The notes under the pieces: generated by a model
Database searches by the model: none
What the model was told of the DNA's origin: nothing
Seen by the model: the letters and a program-made list of their open reading frames with translations, nothing else
In this document: in pieces, positions 45,586 through 56,391 of the stretch
Layout of the letters: each line of letters opens with the position of its first letter
Position numbering within the stretch: the stretch's first letter is position 1
Assembly: GCA_041753535.1 (NCBI GenBank)
Contig: JBGSUB010000033.1
Coordinates: 531-64,530 of the forward strand
DNA: 64,000 nt
Source: Lentimicrobiaceae bacterium
GTDB taxonomy: Bacteria; Bacteroidota; Bacteroidia; Bacteroidales; UBA4417
Reading direction: 5' to 3'
Made by a program: the position numbers and the translations under genes

Positions 45586-47106
45586 TTAATTAACTGTGAG
45601 AATGTTTGAGTAGGCAGTTTCTCCTGCTACATTGACACCTTTGAGTCGATAGTAATATTTTTTGCCTGAAACTTTTGTTTCGTCATAATACAGGGTAAGC
45701 GAGTTTGATGCTTCTGCGGATGGCTCAAAAGTCTTGACATCGGCAATTACAGAATCCTCAAGTCCTATTGCCAGCACTTTCCATGGTCCTGACAGGCTTT
45801 CGGCACGTTCGATTGTATAGCTGGCAGCGCCTGTCGAACCACGCCAGGTAAATCCATCGCCTTGTTTTATGAGCACTGGTGCCGGTGTGGGCAAGGCAAT
45901 GGTTTCAGGATTTATACCACGGATTAGGTATGCTTCAGTACGGAGCAAATCAAGCAAGCGAGTTTCTTCATACACATAACCGGCTGAAAAACCGGGAACA
46001 TGAAAGGAATTTACTGTTGTACCGCCTTCGTTGTGGTAATACCAGCCTCCGTCGCGGCGGTGACCGCGTATGCTCCATATCAGTCCGCCTGCAATTCCTT
46101 CTTCGCGAATGGTTTTCATTAGTGCCCGAAGGTTTTCGGTACTCCCAAGGCCAAATTCGTCAACCATCAGAGGTTTTTTGCCTTTGCATTCTTCTCTTGA
46201 TGCTTTCGCGATGGGTGAAAGTTCCCATGGACGGCCACCCATTTTATTCCAGTATTCGTATAAGTGATCGCTTATAATATCAATATTCGGATCAGCAAGC
46301 AAGGCTTTACGATCGGCACCTCCGGCTTCCATAATTAAATGATTTGGATCAACTTTTTTGATATAAGCTGCCATTTCGAGGCTCCAGGCCAGGATTTTGG
46401 GGCTCCATTCATCGTAGGGTAATCCGCGGTCGCCCGGGTAACTTCCAAATTCATTACCCAATTGCCAGCAAAGGATCGCCGGGTCATTTTTATAGAGAAT
46501 TCCGTTTACTGTATTTTTACGGTTCAGCACAAAATCAAGAAAATGCCTGTAATCGGCTTTTACTTCTTCATCGGTCCAGAATGATCCTTTTGGCTTGCCC
46601 GAGAGAGTCGAAAATTCATCCACACCACGGATGCCCCCGAAGGATTGTGAGGCAATAAACGGAATAATTAGTCGCACATTGTATTCGTGGCTCAATGCAA
46701 TAATGCGGTCGAGGCACTGAAAAGCTTCCTCGTTATAGGTTCTTCTTGCACTAATGTAAACGGGCATTCCTTTATCGTCAGGAGAGTACACCGACAGTGA
46801 AAAAGTACGAGTGGCCAGCCCTCCAAGGCGTTGGATTCCACCAAGTAAATCTCTTATTTCATATTCGTCAGGAAAGCGGTTGGTTCGGTCTTCACGTATC
46901 TGTGATTCGTTTTGCTGAATATTTGGAGCAGCTAGTCCCATAAAACGGAATACTTCGTCCCCGTCCATCAGGTTGTCGCCTTTTCGAGTAATAATGTTCT
47001 CGTATACGGATTGTATTTCTTGCTTCTGTCCATAAATATTTGCTGATACAAGGCAAAGAAATACGAAAAGCACTGTATTAAGTATCCTTGTGTTATATTG
47101 CTTCAT
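45586..47106 (-). CDS. GH5 beta-mannanase-like enzyme with a C-terminal FN3-like domain
   Basis: ATRTF.LS, NRKNTVNG..YKNDPAILCWQLGNE, HLY, LMVDEFG, GGLIWS; subfamily not assignable by eye. Confidence 0.85.
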   Translation of the reverse strand: MKQYNTRILNTVLFVFLCLVSANIYGQKQEIQSVYENIITRKGDNLMDGDEVFRFMGLAAPNIQQNESQIREDRTNRFPDEYEIRDLLGGIQRLGGLATRTFSLSVYSPDDKGMPVYISARRTYNEEAFQCLDRIIALSHEYNVRLIIPFIASQSFGGIRGVDEFSTLSGKPKGSFWTDEEVKADYRHFLDFVLNRKNTVNGILYKNDPAILCWQLGNEFGSYPGDRGLPYDEWSPKILAWSLEMAAYIKKVDPNHLIMEAGGADRKALLADPNIDIISDHLYEYWNKMGGRPWELSPIAKASREECKGKKPLMVDEFGLGSTENLRALMKTIREEGIAGGLIWSIRGHRRDGGWYYHNEGGTTVNSFHVPGFSAGYVYEETRLLDLLRTEAYLIRGINPETIALPTPAPVLIKQGDGFTWRGSTGAASYTIERAESLSGPWKVLAIGLEDSVIADVKTFEPSAEASNSLTLYYDETKVSGKKYYYRLKGVNVAGETAYSNILTVN

Positions 47107-47176
47107 TGTCTTCTGAGATGAATGATTAAAAAATTAAAAAAATTGTGTCCAAAAGTTACTGTTTGAAACTTGAAGG

Positions 47177-49249
47177 CTAGTCCACAATAAATTTTAAAGT
47201 GGTGAACTTACCAGAATCATTGCTTATATATATGACATAGATACCCTTTGGAAATTGATGAATGGATACTGAGCCTGTGCTTCCTCCATCTAAATTTCCT
47301 GCTTTTATCATTTTGCCTGTAATATCCAAAATCTGAAAATTGACTGGTTCCATATCGCTTTGAACATAAAGGAAATTTTCAGCAGGATTTGGAAACACTT
47401 TTATCCCTTTAATTATATGAACAGGATCTTCAATAAAACCAAGTGCACCGTTAATGCTCATGGCTGAATCATAAATGGCTGGTAAGTCATCAATAAAAAT
47501 GGTCCAGGGATCGTTGTAAAAGTCCATGAAATCTGGAACCGAAGCATGTCCCGGATAGGGAGCATAATGATGTGTTGTACTGGCATTCCTCCAAACAGCC
47601 TGGTAGGCAATTCGTCGTGCGATAGGGTCATTTTTAATTGGGGTAAGCATAAACTGGGTAAACCATTTCGGATTGGTTATGCCTTCAAGTCCGGTTTCAG
47701 TAAGAGCAGATATCTTATTGCGCTCCTCAGCCATTTCAACCAGGTATTTCAACTGCGTGACTAAAGACGTAATTCCTGAGCTGCTTGAAACATCAGCATA
47801 GTTATCGAAGCCAAAAATATCGATGTAACTGTCACCTGGATATCTCTCAAGATATTTTGTTTTAGTTACAAACTTATCAGGCGAAAATGCAAAAATTACA
47901 TTGCTGACCTTCCTATCATTAACCAGGTAATTTACAGTAAACTGCCATAGTTGTTTGTACTCTTCAATTGTACAGTGCGGATCGCCCCACCAGAACCAGT
48001 TGCCATTATGTTCGTGCCAGGGACGAAATATTAAGGGAATAGATTCGCCTTTGTCGCCTTTTAGATTTCGAAGGAACAGTGCCATGTTGTCAAGCTGGGA
48101 TTTGAAAGCTGCATGGTTTACACCTCCGGGAAGCATTGATTTTACAACATTCGAATCAGGATACGGATTGGTTGACCAGTAAAAATCTCCTCCATAAAGA
48201 TTGTCCATATGCCATTCGAGTGAAATAATGCCCCCTTTGTTGTAAATGTATTGAAAGCGCTGCCGGGTATCGTCCCACGACTGACCTTTTGCGACATCTT
48301 TTATTGAGTATGCGCACACAGCCGGAAGCGAGCCACACACATCCTCCACATCGCCCCTGAAATTATTTCCCGACCAGCCAACACCATACCCGGTTGCATC
48401 CTGCATACCAAAAAGCGTATTGTATTTTGCAATCTGGCGCAGGTTGAAATACATATTCTGCGTTTCGAAAGTAGCCATAGAACATGCCAGGCTGAGTGCG
48501 GATAATTTGGATGATCGGATTTTTGCAACTTCAAATACGGTATTGGCATCGTTAAGATCGGCAACAGCCTCATCAAGTTGTTGCTGTGTTGCCTGTGGAT
48601 TAGCAAGCATTAGCTGAGCCACGGAAACCGCGGAGTTAAAAGCAGCTTTCGCCCCTTGCGGGAAATTGCCTTCGGAAGGACCTTCAACGGCATTTGAAAG
48701 GTAAACATTAGCATTGCTGATGGCAGTGGCAAGCAGACCCGATGAAGTGGTGTTAATAACAATCTGATCAATAAAAATCAATCCCGATTTCAAAGCTGTG
48801 CTGCCACCATCAAAATAAAAATACAGTGTTTGAAGTGTTTTTGCATTGGTAGTGGTAATTGAAAATACATACTCTTTATATACGGAAGAAATAGAAATAT
48901 CCCTGGTAAGCCAGTCATTTGTTCCATCCGTATAAGCAGGTTTTACGGCTAATTGCGTCGCAACGTCCGACTTCAGCATAATTTTAATCTGATATTGGAA
49001 CAGCGAAGGCTGATCAGCGAAAATATGATGAAACTGATCCCATTCCCAGCTTGATGCTGTGCGGTTGTAATTAACTTTTAGAGCCTCATTTTCAACTGAC
49101 AGGGAAAATGTCGTTCCTTCAATCTGCCATTCGGCACCAATGGTATTGTCATTAAAATCATCAACTACGATCGTGTTGGCGAAAGTAAGAACGCTTGAAA
49201 ACAGCGTCATAAACAGAAGGCCTGTTGCAGAGAACCGGAAAATTTTCAT
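47177..49249 (-). CDS. T9SS-secreted GH26 beta-mannanase with N-terminal CBM-like and helical linker domains
   Basis: FGMQD, LEWH, IFRPWHEHNGNWFWWG, YPGD.YIDIFGFDNY, ALTETG, VWRNA; CTD VFPNPA...KGIYVI...KFIV. Confidence 0.92.
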   Translation of the reverse strand: MKIFRFSATGLLFMTLFSSVLTFANTIVVDDFNDNTIGAEWQIEGTTFSLSVENEALKVNYNRTASSWEWDQFHHIFADQPSLFQYQIKIMLKSDVATQLAVKPAYTDGTNDWLTRDISISSVYKEYVFSITTTNAKTLQTLYFYFDGGSTALKSGLIFIDQIVINTTSSGLLATAISNANVYLSNAVEGPSEGNFPQGAKAAFNSAVSVAQLMLANPQATQQQLDEAVADLNDANTVFEVAKIRSSKLSALSLACSMATFETQNMYFNLRQIAKYNTLFGMQDATGYGVGWSGNNFRGDVEDVCGSLPAVCAYSIKDVAKGQSWDDTRQRFQYIYNKGGIISLEWHMDNLYGGDFYWSTNPYPDSNVVKSMLPGGVNHAAFKSQLDNMALFLRNLKGDKGESIPLIFRPWHEHNGNWFWWGDPHCTIEEYKQLWQFTVNYLVNDRKVSNVIFAFSPDKFVTKTKYLERYPGDSYIDIFGFDNYADVSSSSGITSLVTQLKYLVEMAEERNKISALTETGLEGITNPKWFTQFMLTPIKNDPIARRIAYQAVWRNASTTHHYAPYPGHASVPDFMDFYNDPWTIFIDDLPAIYDSAMSINGALGFIEDPVHIIKGIKVFPNPAENFLYVQSDMEPVNFQILDITGKMIKAGNLDGGSTGSVSIHQFPKGIYVIYISNDSGKFTTLKFIVD

Positions 49250-49273
49250 AGTGCAATTTTTAGAAGAAATGAA

Positions 49274-49303
49274 TAAAAGGGAAGCAGTATTGCTTCCCTT
49301 TTA
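49274..49303 (-). terminator. Internal PUL hairpin/terminator after the susC-susD-SGBP block
   Basis: TAAAAGGGAAGCA-gtat-TGCTTCCCTTTTA, a perfect 13-bp stem. Confidence 0.8.
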
Positions 49304-49478
49304 CAATTGAACCCTATACCATCATCGGAATGCCTCCATTTTTATTTTTCGTACTATCACAAAAGGTGTGATATAAATTAAGTCCGAAAAAAGTTATCAT
49401 GGCACTTTGATGATTTTGGTTTATGAATTGTTGAAGATTCAGTTTTTACAGACAGACTGCAATTACTGAATTTACCGG

Positions 49479-51164
49479 TTATTCAGGAATAAGGTTTGGA
49501 TCAAGTGGTACAGTGGTAAAAACAAAGTAATCCATGTGCAGTTGGGCATTTACGCCACTCGCTATATTTCCCCCACGGGCATATACACTTAGGTTGTATG
49601 GTTGAGATAAATCAATTTCATCTATTGATCCTCCCCAGTTATCCCAGCTTGCAATATCAAATTTCATGGATCTCCACTCCCAATTTCCGTTTGTGGGTTT
49701 AAACTTGTAATTATCTCCGTAAGCAGGATCAAGTTTCTGATTGGCAGCTTTGTTTCCGTTTTGTTCTACTTGAATTCCGGCATATCCTTCTGTATTTCCA
49801 GTGTTTACTAAGAAGTTGATGTAAATGCCATTGGAATATGCAATTGGATCGAGGGTTAAATTACCAACAGCCATGATATTTCCAAGCCAGGCCCAGGGAT
49901 CAATACCAACAGTATATAGGTATGAAACATATTTTGGCCCTTGGCTGTAGCCTGTAAGTCCTGTGCCACCATTGAAAGTGATTGGTAAATCGCCACCAGC
50001 AGGTTCTTCTGCATCCCAAATCAGCGTCGGAGTTAACGGACCATCGGTAATCATTACCTGGTCGAGGGCAATTTCAAATTCATCTGTTTCGCCAACATTT
50101 CCTCCTCTGAACCACATATCGATTTTATCAACTTTCCCTTTAATATCCGCCCAGCCCATTGCTTCAAGGTCGTACGAACGCCATTCCCATCCCTGGGTTG
50201 AAATCATATAGTTATCACTATATTGTCCGCCTTGCCCGGTGAAGTGTTTATCGGATTCAGTCCCTGCTATTGTGATTGCCGGATTTACATATCCTTTTTT
50301 ACCATTGGTATTTACCAGGAATGTGATGTAGGGTTTATTAAATGCTGACAGATCGAATCCATTTCCTCCGTTGTTATTGGTCAGACGTATGTAACAGCCG
50401 TTCCATCCATTACCTGCAGGTGAAGTTACTTTGTATTCCTTACCGAAGAAACCGGGCCCATTTGTTGCAGTAAACGGACTTCCTCCCCAACCATCAGTTG
50501 TAGCAGGAGGTGTTTCGAAATCCCAAAGCATAATTGTTTGCTGTGGCAAATATGTATTTATAGGAGCGATAACAGGTATTTCAGGCGACGATTGTTTCTC
50601 ACCCGCTTTAGGAGTTACCTCAATAACTGCCATTTCGCCCAGTTCAATTCCGGCTGTGGCATAGCTTGCCTGAGTAGGTGTGGCAGAGCCAACAATTGAC
50701 GACAGTTTGCCATTAACCTTCACTTCTTTGATCAGGTCAAGATTTTCACCTTTAATTATAAAAGCTTTACCCCTTTGTATTTCGGCAGGCCATGTTGTAA
50801 CTATGGCAGGATAAAACTGAGGTTTCAGCATTTGAACGGTTACATATTCGCGTTTGTACTTATTTGTAATAGTGATATTACCAGATTCAACAACACGGGG
50901 AACTTCAATTCGCATTGAATCGGGAAATTGGCTGATGATAGCGAAAGTATTAGCGCCAATAGCAACGGAACTGACAGTATTTAAATTTGTTCCTGTAAGT
51001 ACAATCTGGCTTCCAACGAAAGGTGCTTCGTCAGATATAGTAGTAACTGTTGCGACAGGGAGATTAATATCATACCCTTCGGAAAAAGGAGTTTCTTTCG
51101 TACAGCTGAATACAGCTAGTGCGAGTACCGCAAACAAAGCAATTCGGATTATATTTTTGTTCAT
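49479..51164 (-). CDS. Surface glycan-binding lipoprotein (IPT/TIG domains plus two related C-terminal domains)
   Basis: Lipobox VFSC; G.I.LTGTNL and IKGENL IPT motifs; SusE-like position directly after susD. Confidence 0.8.
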   Translation of the reverse strand: MNKNIIRIALFAVLALAVFSCTKETPFSEGYDINLPVATVTTISDEAPFVGSQIVLTGTNLNTVSSVAIGANTFAIISQFPDSMRIEVPRVVESGNITITNKYKREYVTVQMLKPQFYPAIVTTWPAEIQRGKAFIIKGENLDLIKEVKVNGKLSSIVGSATPTQASYATAGIELGEMAVIEVTPKAGEKQSSPEIPVIAPINTYLPQQTIMLWDFETPPATTDGWGGSPFTATNGPGFFGKEYKVTSPAGNGWNGCYIRLTNNNGGNGFDLSAFNKPYITFLVNTNGKKGYVNPAITIAGTESDKHFTGQGGQYSDNYMISTQGWEWRSYDLEAMGWADIKGKVDKIDMWFRGGNVGETDEFEIALDQVMITDGPLTPTLIWDAEEPAGGDLPITFNGGTGLTGYSQGPKYVSYLYTVGIDPWAWLGNIMAVGNLTLDPIAYSNGIYINFLVNTGNTEGYAGIQVEQNGNKAANQKLDPAYGDNYKFKPTNGNWEWRSMKFDIASWDNWGGSIDEIDLSQPYNLSVYARGGNIASGVNAQLHMDYFVFTTVPLDPNLIPE

Positions 51165-51184
51165 AACAATTAGTTTTTAAAAGA

Positions 51185-52864
51185 TTAGTATCCGGGATTT
51201 TGTTCCAGGCCCCATGCCTGAACCTCTGTTTGAGGAATCGGCATTAAGGGTACTTTATGACCGTCGGGACCATCAATTGATTTGGCTAACCCATTTGCTT
51301 TCAGGCCCGGGAATTGTTTGTAAGGTTTGTCACCCAATCCATAAGTCAGACCAGGTGCACGTTTCTGATTCTTCTCCATATCCATCACATCAAAATAACG
51401 TCCTGTCCTGACCAAGTCATAAAAGCGAAGTGCTTCCATGGCTAATTCAAGGCGGCGTTCTTTCCAGATATCCTGCAACAACTGGTCGCCGGTTGATGTA
51501 ATGTCAGGAAGATTTACTGAGGCCGGTGCGGCACTGTAATCCATTTTACCTTCGGCATATCCCATGCAATATGAGCTGTTGCGTGCTCTTGCACGTACCA
51601 TATTCACTTTGTTCTGAGCTTCGCCTGCATTGCCGGTATAATATGCAGCTTCGGCATGCATTAAGAGAACATCGGCATAACGTATAATTTTAATATTACG
51701 ATCGCTGGCTTTTGCCAATGCAGGTTTTTCCGGAAGGGCTGCTTTGCGGTTCAACCAATCGGAGCCTTGTTCGTTACGTTCGTATTTCTTTTTTTCACCA
51801 TACAGAATGCCATTGTTATATTTCTCGCCATAAAACACGCAGGACTGGCGGGGATCGTTGGTAACATCCACATTATAGGCATCGAACAAATCGGGGGTTG
51901 GATTATTAAAGCCCCATCCTGAATCATCTTTACGGTTACCCTGAAAATTATAGCAATTGGTTCCTATCGAAGCAGGAGCCTGATCGCTAGCGCCAACACC
52001 AAACTGAATTTCAAAAACCGATTCTTCATTGTTCTTATTTTCGGTTTCCCACAACTTGGCATAATTGGCCATTAAACTATATTCGCCTGATTTGATAACA
52101 GCATCGGTTAGATCGTAAACCTGTTGCCAGGTAATTGTATTTTCCTTATCGGTACCAATCTGATACATATAAATTCTGGCTAACAGAGCCTTTGCTGCAC
52201 CTTTTGAAACCCGTCCTGTTTCAGCTAATGAAATAGCACTTTTTTCAGGCAGAAATTCGATGGCTACAGTAAGGTCTTTAGCCATTTGTGTATAACACTC
52301 ATTGAGGCTGGCACGCTTAACACTTCCAAAATCTGATGGATTTACAGAAGTAGTAAATAAAGGAACACCACCGTAAATACGGACCAGATACCAGTAAAAA
52401 TAAGCCCTCATAAAGGATGCTTCTCCTGTTAAACGGTCGCGGACAGCGGGATCCCAGGTAACTGTGGGGAGATTATCAAGTGCATAATTTGCACGTGAAA
52501 TACCCCAATATCCATGAATCCAGAAATCACTCGAAAACCCGATCTGGGGAGTCATGGTGAATTCAAGCATTTCCCACATGGTGCCGTAATCGCCGTCGTT
52601 GCTTCCTTTTTCGGCATCGTCGGACCGTATATCGCCCATAAAAAAATCATGGTGGTGGCCCATCCATTGTCCATCGGGACCTGCACCTTCGTCGAGCTGA
52701 AGCATATCGTATAAACCAATTATGGCACGTTGCCCGTTTTCTTTGGTATCAAAGAAATTTCCGCTGTTTTCTGCCCCCTGGGGCTCAACATCCAGAAACT
52801 TGTCGCAGCTATAAAGCAATGTAGTAAGCGCAGCCGCCAGTATTAGGTATGTTATCTTTTTCAT
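51185..52864 (-). CDS. SusD-family lipoprotein
   Basis: Lipobox LYSC; GEASFMRAYFY..LVR.YGGVPL, KGAAKALLARIY, IRYADVLLMHAEA, ERRLELAME..RFYDLVR, LEQNPGY. Confidence 0.95.
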   Translation of the reverse strand: MKKITYLILAAALTTLLYSCDKFLDVEPQGAENSGNFFDTKENGQRAIIGLYDMLQLDEGAGPDGQWMGHHHDFFMGDIRSDDAEKGSNDGDYGTMWEMLEFTMTPQIGFSSDFWIHGYWGISRANYALDNLPTVTWDPAVRDRLTGEASFMRAYFYWYLVRIYGGVPLFTTSVNPSDFGSVKRASLNECYTQMAKDLTVAIEFLPEKSAISLAETGRVSKGAAKALLARIYMYQIGTDKENTITWQQVYDLTDAVIKSGEYSLMANYAKLWETENKNNEESVFEIQFGVGASDQAPASIGTNCYNFQGNRKDDSGWGFNNPTPDLFDAYNVDVTNDPRQSCVFYGEKYNNGILYGEKKKYERNEQGSDWLNRKAALPEKPALAKASDRNIKIIRYADVLLMHAEAAYYTGNAGEAQNKVNMVRARARNSSYCMGYAEGKMDYSAAPASVNLPDITSTGDQLLQDIWKERRLELAMEALRFYDLVRTGRYFDVMDMEKNQKRAPGLTYGLGDKPYKQFPGLKANGLAKSIDGPDGHKVPLMPIPQTEVQAWGLEQNPGY

Positions 52865-52974
52865 CTGTGTCTGTTTTATTTTTTATTAATTTGGTCTGGA
52901 ACATGCCATGTGAAACTTGAAATCATTGTATTTCGCATTTGCAAATCATGGCTGATTCGTGATCAATTTAAGGG

Positions 52975-55900
52975 TTAAAGGGTTAAATTAATTCCGACTG
53001 AATACGTGCGGGGTTGCGGATAATTTACCATATCAACACCATAATGGAAAGGATCGCCATACAAGCCGAAGAGTTCCGGATCTAAACCAGTATACTTTGT
53101 TATTGTTAACAGGTTATCAAAAGAGGCAAAAACACGAAGGTTCTTAATATGCATCTTTTTGTTCAGTTGCGAGGGAAGGGAGTAACCAAACTGCAGGTTT
53201 TTCAGCCTCATATAGGAACCATTTTCGACATAGAGATCTGAGAAATTCTCAGTATTTTTGTTCAGGTCGGCTGCATCGAGACGGGGAACGTCAGAAGTTG
53301 GATTTTCGGGTGACCAATGGTTAACAGCCATATCGCGGCTGATATTTGTTTCGAACATTTTTGAGTTGTATAGTGTCTGGTACATGGCGTTTACAATTTC
53401 GTTTCCGTACGAACCGCTTATGAACAATACCATATCGAATCCCTTATATGCCATATTTGCATTGAAACCACCTGTCATTATCGGACTTGCGCTTCCAAGA
53501 TAAGTCATATCGAGCTCGGTAATTTTTCCATCTTCATTCAAATCACGGAAAATAACATCGCCCAGACCGGCATTCGGCTGAATGGCGACGCCATCTTTTA
53601 CATAAGCGTCAAGTTGATCCTGGGTTTTGAAAATTCCATCAGTTTCATAGCCATAGAAATAGGCAATTTCTCGTCCAACTTCGGTTTTTGTGCAATTTCC
53701 CATGCGCCCGGCACTGCCTCCACGAATTGGATCGCCACCTGCCAGGCTGGTAACTTCATTTTTAATAAACGTAAGGTTAAAACCTACATCATACCTGAAA
53801 TCGCCCTTTGTCTCAGTATAGTTTAACGTAAACTCAATACCTTTGTTCTGCATGGTACCTGCATTTACAGCCGGTTTCTTTTTACCTGCATACATAGGAA
53901 TAGGGCGCTGAAGGATCATATCATTGGTGTTGCGGATAAAGTAATCAACAGTTCCAGTAAGGCGGTTGTTGAGTAACCCGAAATCGACCCCAAAGTTTAT
54001 TTGTTCAGAACCTTCCCAGGTAAGTTCGGTATTAGCCAATTGTTGCTGAACAGCACCTTCGACAGGAACGCCATTGAGAGCATATATATAGCCTCCGTTC
54101 ACACTTGACACATAGTCGAAATTACCGGCACTCGACTGGTTTCCAACTACTCCCCATCCTGCGCGAAGTTTCAGAGTTCTCAATATATCAGCAGTTCCGG
54201 CCATAAATTCCTCGTTCTGCATGTTCCAGCTTGCTGCTACCGATGGGAAATATCCCCAACGTTTCTCCGGTGTAAATTTCGAGCTGCCGTCGGCACGGAT
54301 TGTTGCGGTAATTACATATTTGTTATCCCACGAAAAATTACCCCTGAGGAAACTCGAGGATAAGCGGTTTTCGCTTGCTCCGCCACCCAAACCAAATTTA
54401 ACGGCATCTTTGTGAGCGCCTAAATATTGTAAGTTTTCATTTTCAGGAACATCATATCCGGTAGCCCACACATCCGACCATTTGCTTGCCTGCAGTTCCA
54501 TACCTAAGGTTGCGTTGATATTTAATTTATCAACTGACTTATTGTACGAAAAATAATTGGTATTTACCCAGTTTAATCCATAAGCACGTTTTTGATACAG
54601 GCTGGATTCGTCATTTTTTTGAGTTGGAGTTATATAATATTGAGGGCTGTACGATTTCTGGTCATCAAAATCCATGATGGTTCCGAATTGAGATCTGAAT
54701 GAAAGCCCGGGGGTTAGAATATCGTCAATCTGGAGGTAGAAGTTACCCATAGCCCGGTTACCCAGATATTTTTCTTTTCCTGACAGATATATAGACAAAG
54801 CAGGGTTGGTTGCAGCTTGTGAGTAATAAATCTCACCATAAAAATTGGTATAGTCATCCCAGGCAGCCGAAATTGGATCCGACCTAAGAGCACCAGGAAT
54901 GGTACCGCTGTAAAAGTCGTTCCGTTCTCCCGGTTTTTCATAATGAACATAGTTGAAATTCAAACCTACTTTAATTTTATTGGTTAAAGTAAAATTATTG
55001 TTTGAATGTACCATCAGCTTATCCATATAAGTACCTTTAACAGTGCCGGTTTCGGTAGCATAGGTAAATCCCTGGTCGAAAGAATAGTTTTCGGAATTTC
55101 CAAGGATGCTTACATTGTATTTAGTACCTACACCCTGGCGGTAAATTTCTTTTTGCCAATCGGTTCCATCCATGTAATTTCCGGCTTCCTGCTGTTCCAG
55201 AACATAATTGATAATATCATCAGTTGCACCTATTACTTTGCGTGCATTTGCAAACTCGGTTGCATCGGCCAGCTCCAGTTTTTTGGCTACTTCCGAAAAT
55301 CCTGTCTGTACATTGGCCTGAACTTCGAGTTTGCTGCCTTTTGAACCGGAGCGGGTTTTAATTAAAATTACCCCGTTAGCTCCCCTCGAACCATAAATTG
55401 CAGTAGCCGAAGCGTCTTTTAAAACTTCCATGCTTTCAACGTCGTTAGGTGCAATATGGCTGATGTCGCCCATTGGAAATCCATCAACCACGTACAAAGG
55501 ATCGGAGTTATTGATAGTACCAATACCGCGGATTCTTACCTTTGAACCTGCTCCCGGATTTCCTGAATTAGACATGACGTTAACACCGGCAACACGACCC
55601 TGAAGTGCTGCAACAGCATCAATGGTTGTTACTTTTTTAAGGTCGGCAGGATTAACTTTTCCCACACTTCCGGTAACATCGCTTTTGCGCATCACACCAT
55701 ACCCTACAACAACCACTCCTTCCACATCAACGGCTTCGGATTGTAGTTGTACATCAAGCACATTCGACGAAGTAATAGCAATTTCCTGTTTCTTCATTCC
55801 TACAAAAGAGAATACAAGTGTTGTTGCTTCTTTAGGGACATTCAGGCTGAACTTTCCGTCAATATCGGTGAGCGAACCGAGTGTAGTACCTTTTACTATG

Positions 55901-56025
55901 ACAGAAACACCCGGAATCCCTTTTCCGTCATCCACACTGGTTACTGTACCTGTGATGGTGCGTTGTGCCAGTACCTGCATGACTGTTAGCAGCATAAATA
56001 CCAGCAGTAGATTTAATTTTCTCAT
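52975..56025 (-). CDS. SusC-family TonB-dependent transporter
   Basis: RTITGTV, VVVGYG, RIRGIGTINNSDPLYVVDG, VLKDASATAIYGSRGANGVILI, YPQPRTYSVGINL. Confidence 0.95.
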   Translation of the reverse strand: MRKLNLLLVFMLLTVMQVLAQRTITGTVTSVDDGKGIPGVSVIVKGTTLGSLTDIDGKFSLNVPKEATTLVFSFVGMKKQEIAITSSNVLDVQLQSEAVDVEGVVVVGYGVMRKSDVTGSVGKVNPADLKKVTTIDAVAALQGRVAGVNVMSNSGNPGAGSKVRIRGIGTINNSDPLYVVDGFPMGDISHIAPNDVESMEVLKDASATAIYGSRGANGVILIKTRSGSKGSKLEVQANVQTGFSEVAKKLELADATEFANARKVIGATDDIINYVLEQQEAGNYMDGTDWQKEIYRQGVGTKYNVSILGNSENYSFDQGFTYATETGTVKGTYMDKLMVHSNNNFTLTNKIKVGLNFNYVHYEKPGERNDFYSGTIPGALRSDPISAAWDDYTNFYGEIYYSQAATNPALSIYLSGKEKYLGNRAMGNFYLQIDDILTPGLSFRSQFGTIMDFDDQKSYSPQYYITPTQKNDESSLYQKRAYGLNWVNTNYFSYNKSVDKLNINATLGMELQASKWSDVWATGYDVPENENLQYLGAHKDAVKFGLGGGASENRLSSSFLRGNFSWDNKYVITATIRADGSSKFTPEKRWGYFPSVAASWNMQNEEFMAGTADILRTLKLRAGWGVVGNQSSAGNFDYVSSVNGGYIYALNGVPVEGAVQQQLANTELTWEGSEQINFGVDFGLLNNRLTGTVDYFIRNTNDMILQRPIPMYAGKKKPAVNAGTMQNKGIEFTLNYTETKGDFRYDVGFNLTFIKNEVTSLAGGDPIRGGSAGRMGNCTKTEVGREIAYFYGYETDGIFKTQDQLDAYVKDGVAIQPNAGLGDVIFRDLNEDGKITELDMTYLGSASPIMTGGFNANMAYKGFDMVLFISGSYGNEIVNAMYQTLYNSKMFETNISRDMAVNHWSPENPTSDVPRLDAADLNKNTENFSDLYVENGSYMRLKNLQFGYSLPSQLNKKMHIKNLRVFASFDNLLTITKYTGLDPELFGLYGDPFHYGVDMVNYPQPRTYSVGINLTL

Positions 56026-56139
56026 AATCCTTTTGCTAATGTTTGGTTAATGATTGGTTAATTAATTTTTTATACTTGCTGAACTTACCTTGTTAATAAT
56101 AAAATATGAACAGCATGTTTTTTAGTTTTTATTGCATGG

Positions 56140-56201
56140 TAAAAGTATATTCATAGCTGTGTGTATGCGGTGGACAATTATATCAAATTGGGAGGACATT
56201 T
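56140..56201 (-). promoter_or_regulatory. Candidate susC promoter with a direct-repeat HTCS operator
   Basis: Minus-strand AAATGTCCTCC and AATTGTCCACC with 22-bp period (56191-56201, 56169-56179); non-consensus -7 TACTTTTA at 56140-56147. Confidence 0.5.
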
Positions 56202-56391
56202 GTTACTTTTATATTCAGCTATTGTAACAAACGCATCTAACTAAATGAATATCATAAATATATGATTAGAAAACTTTATAGTAAAATTTTTCAAAATAAA
56301 ATATGACGAAATAATAAATCTTAATCAGGATTTCAACTCTGAAAAAGTCAATTCCATGCTTAAATAAAAATTTAAAAAAATGCAATGAAAA

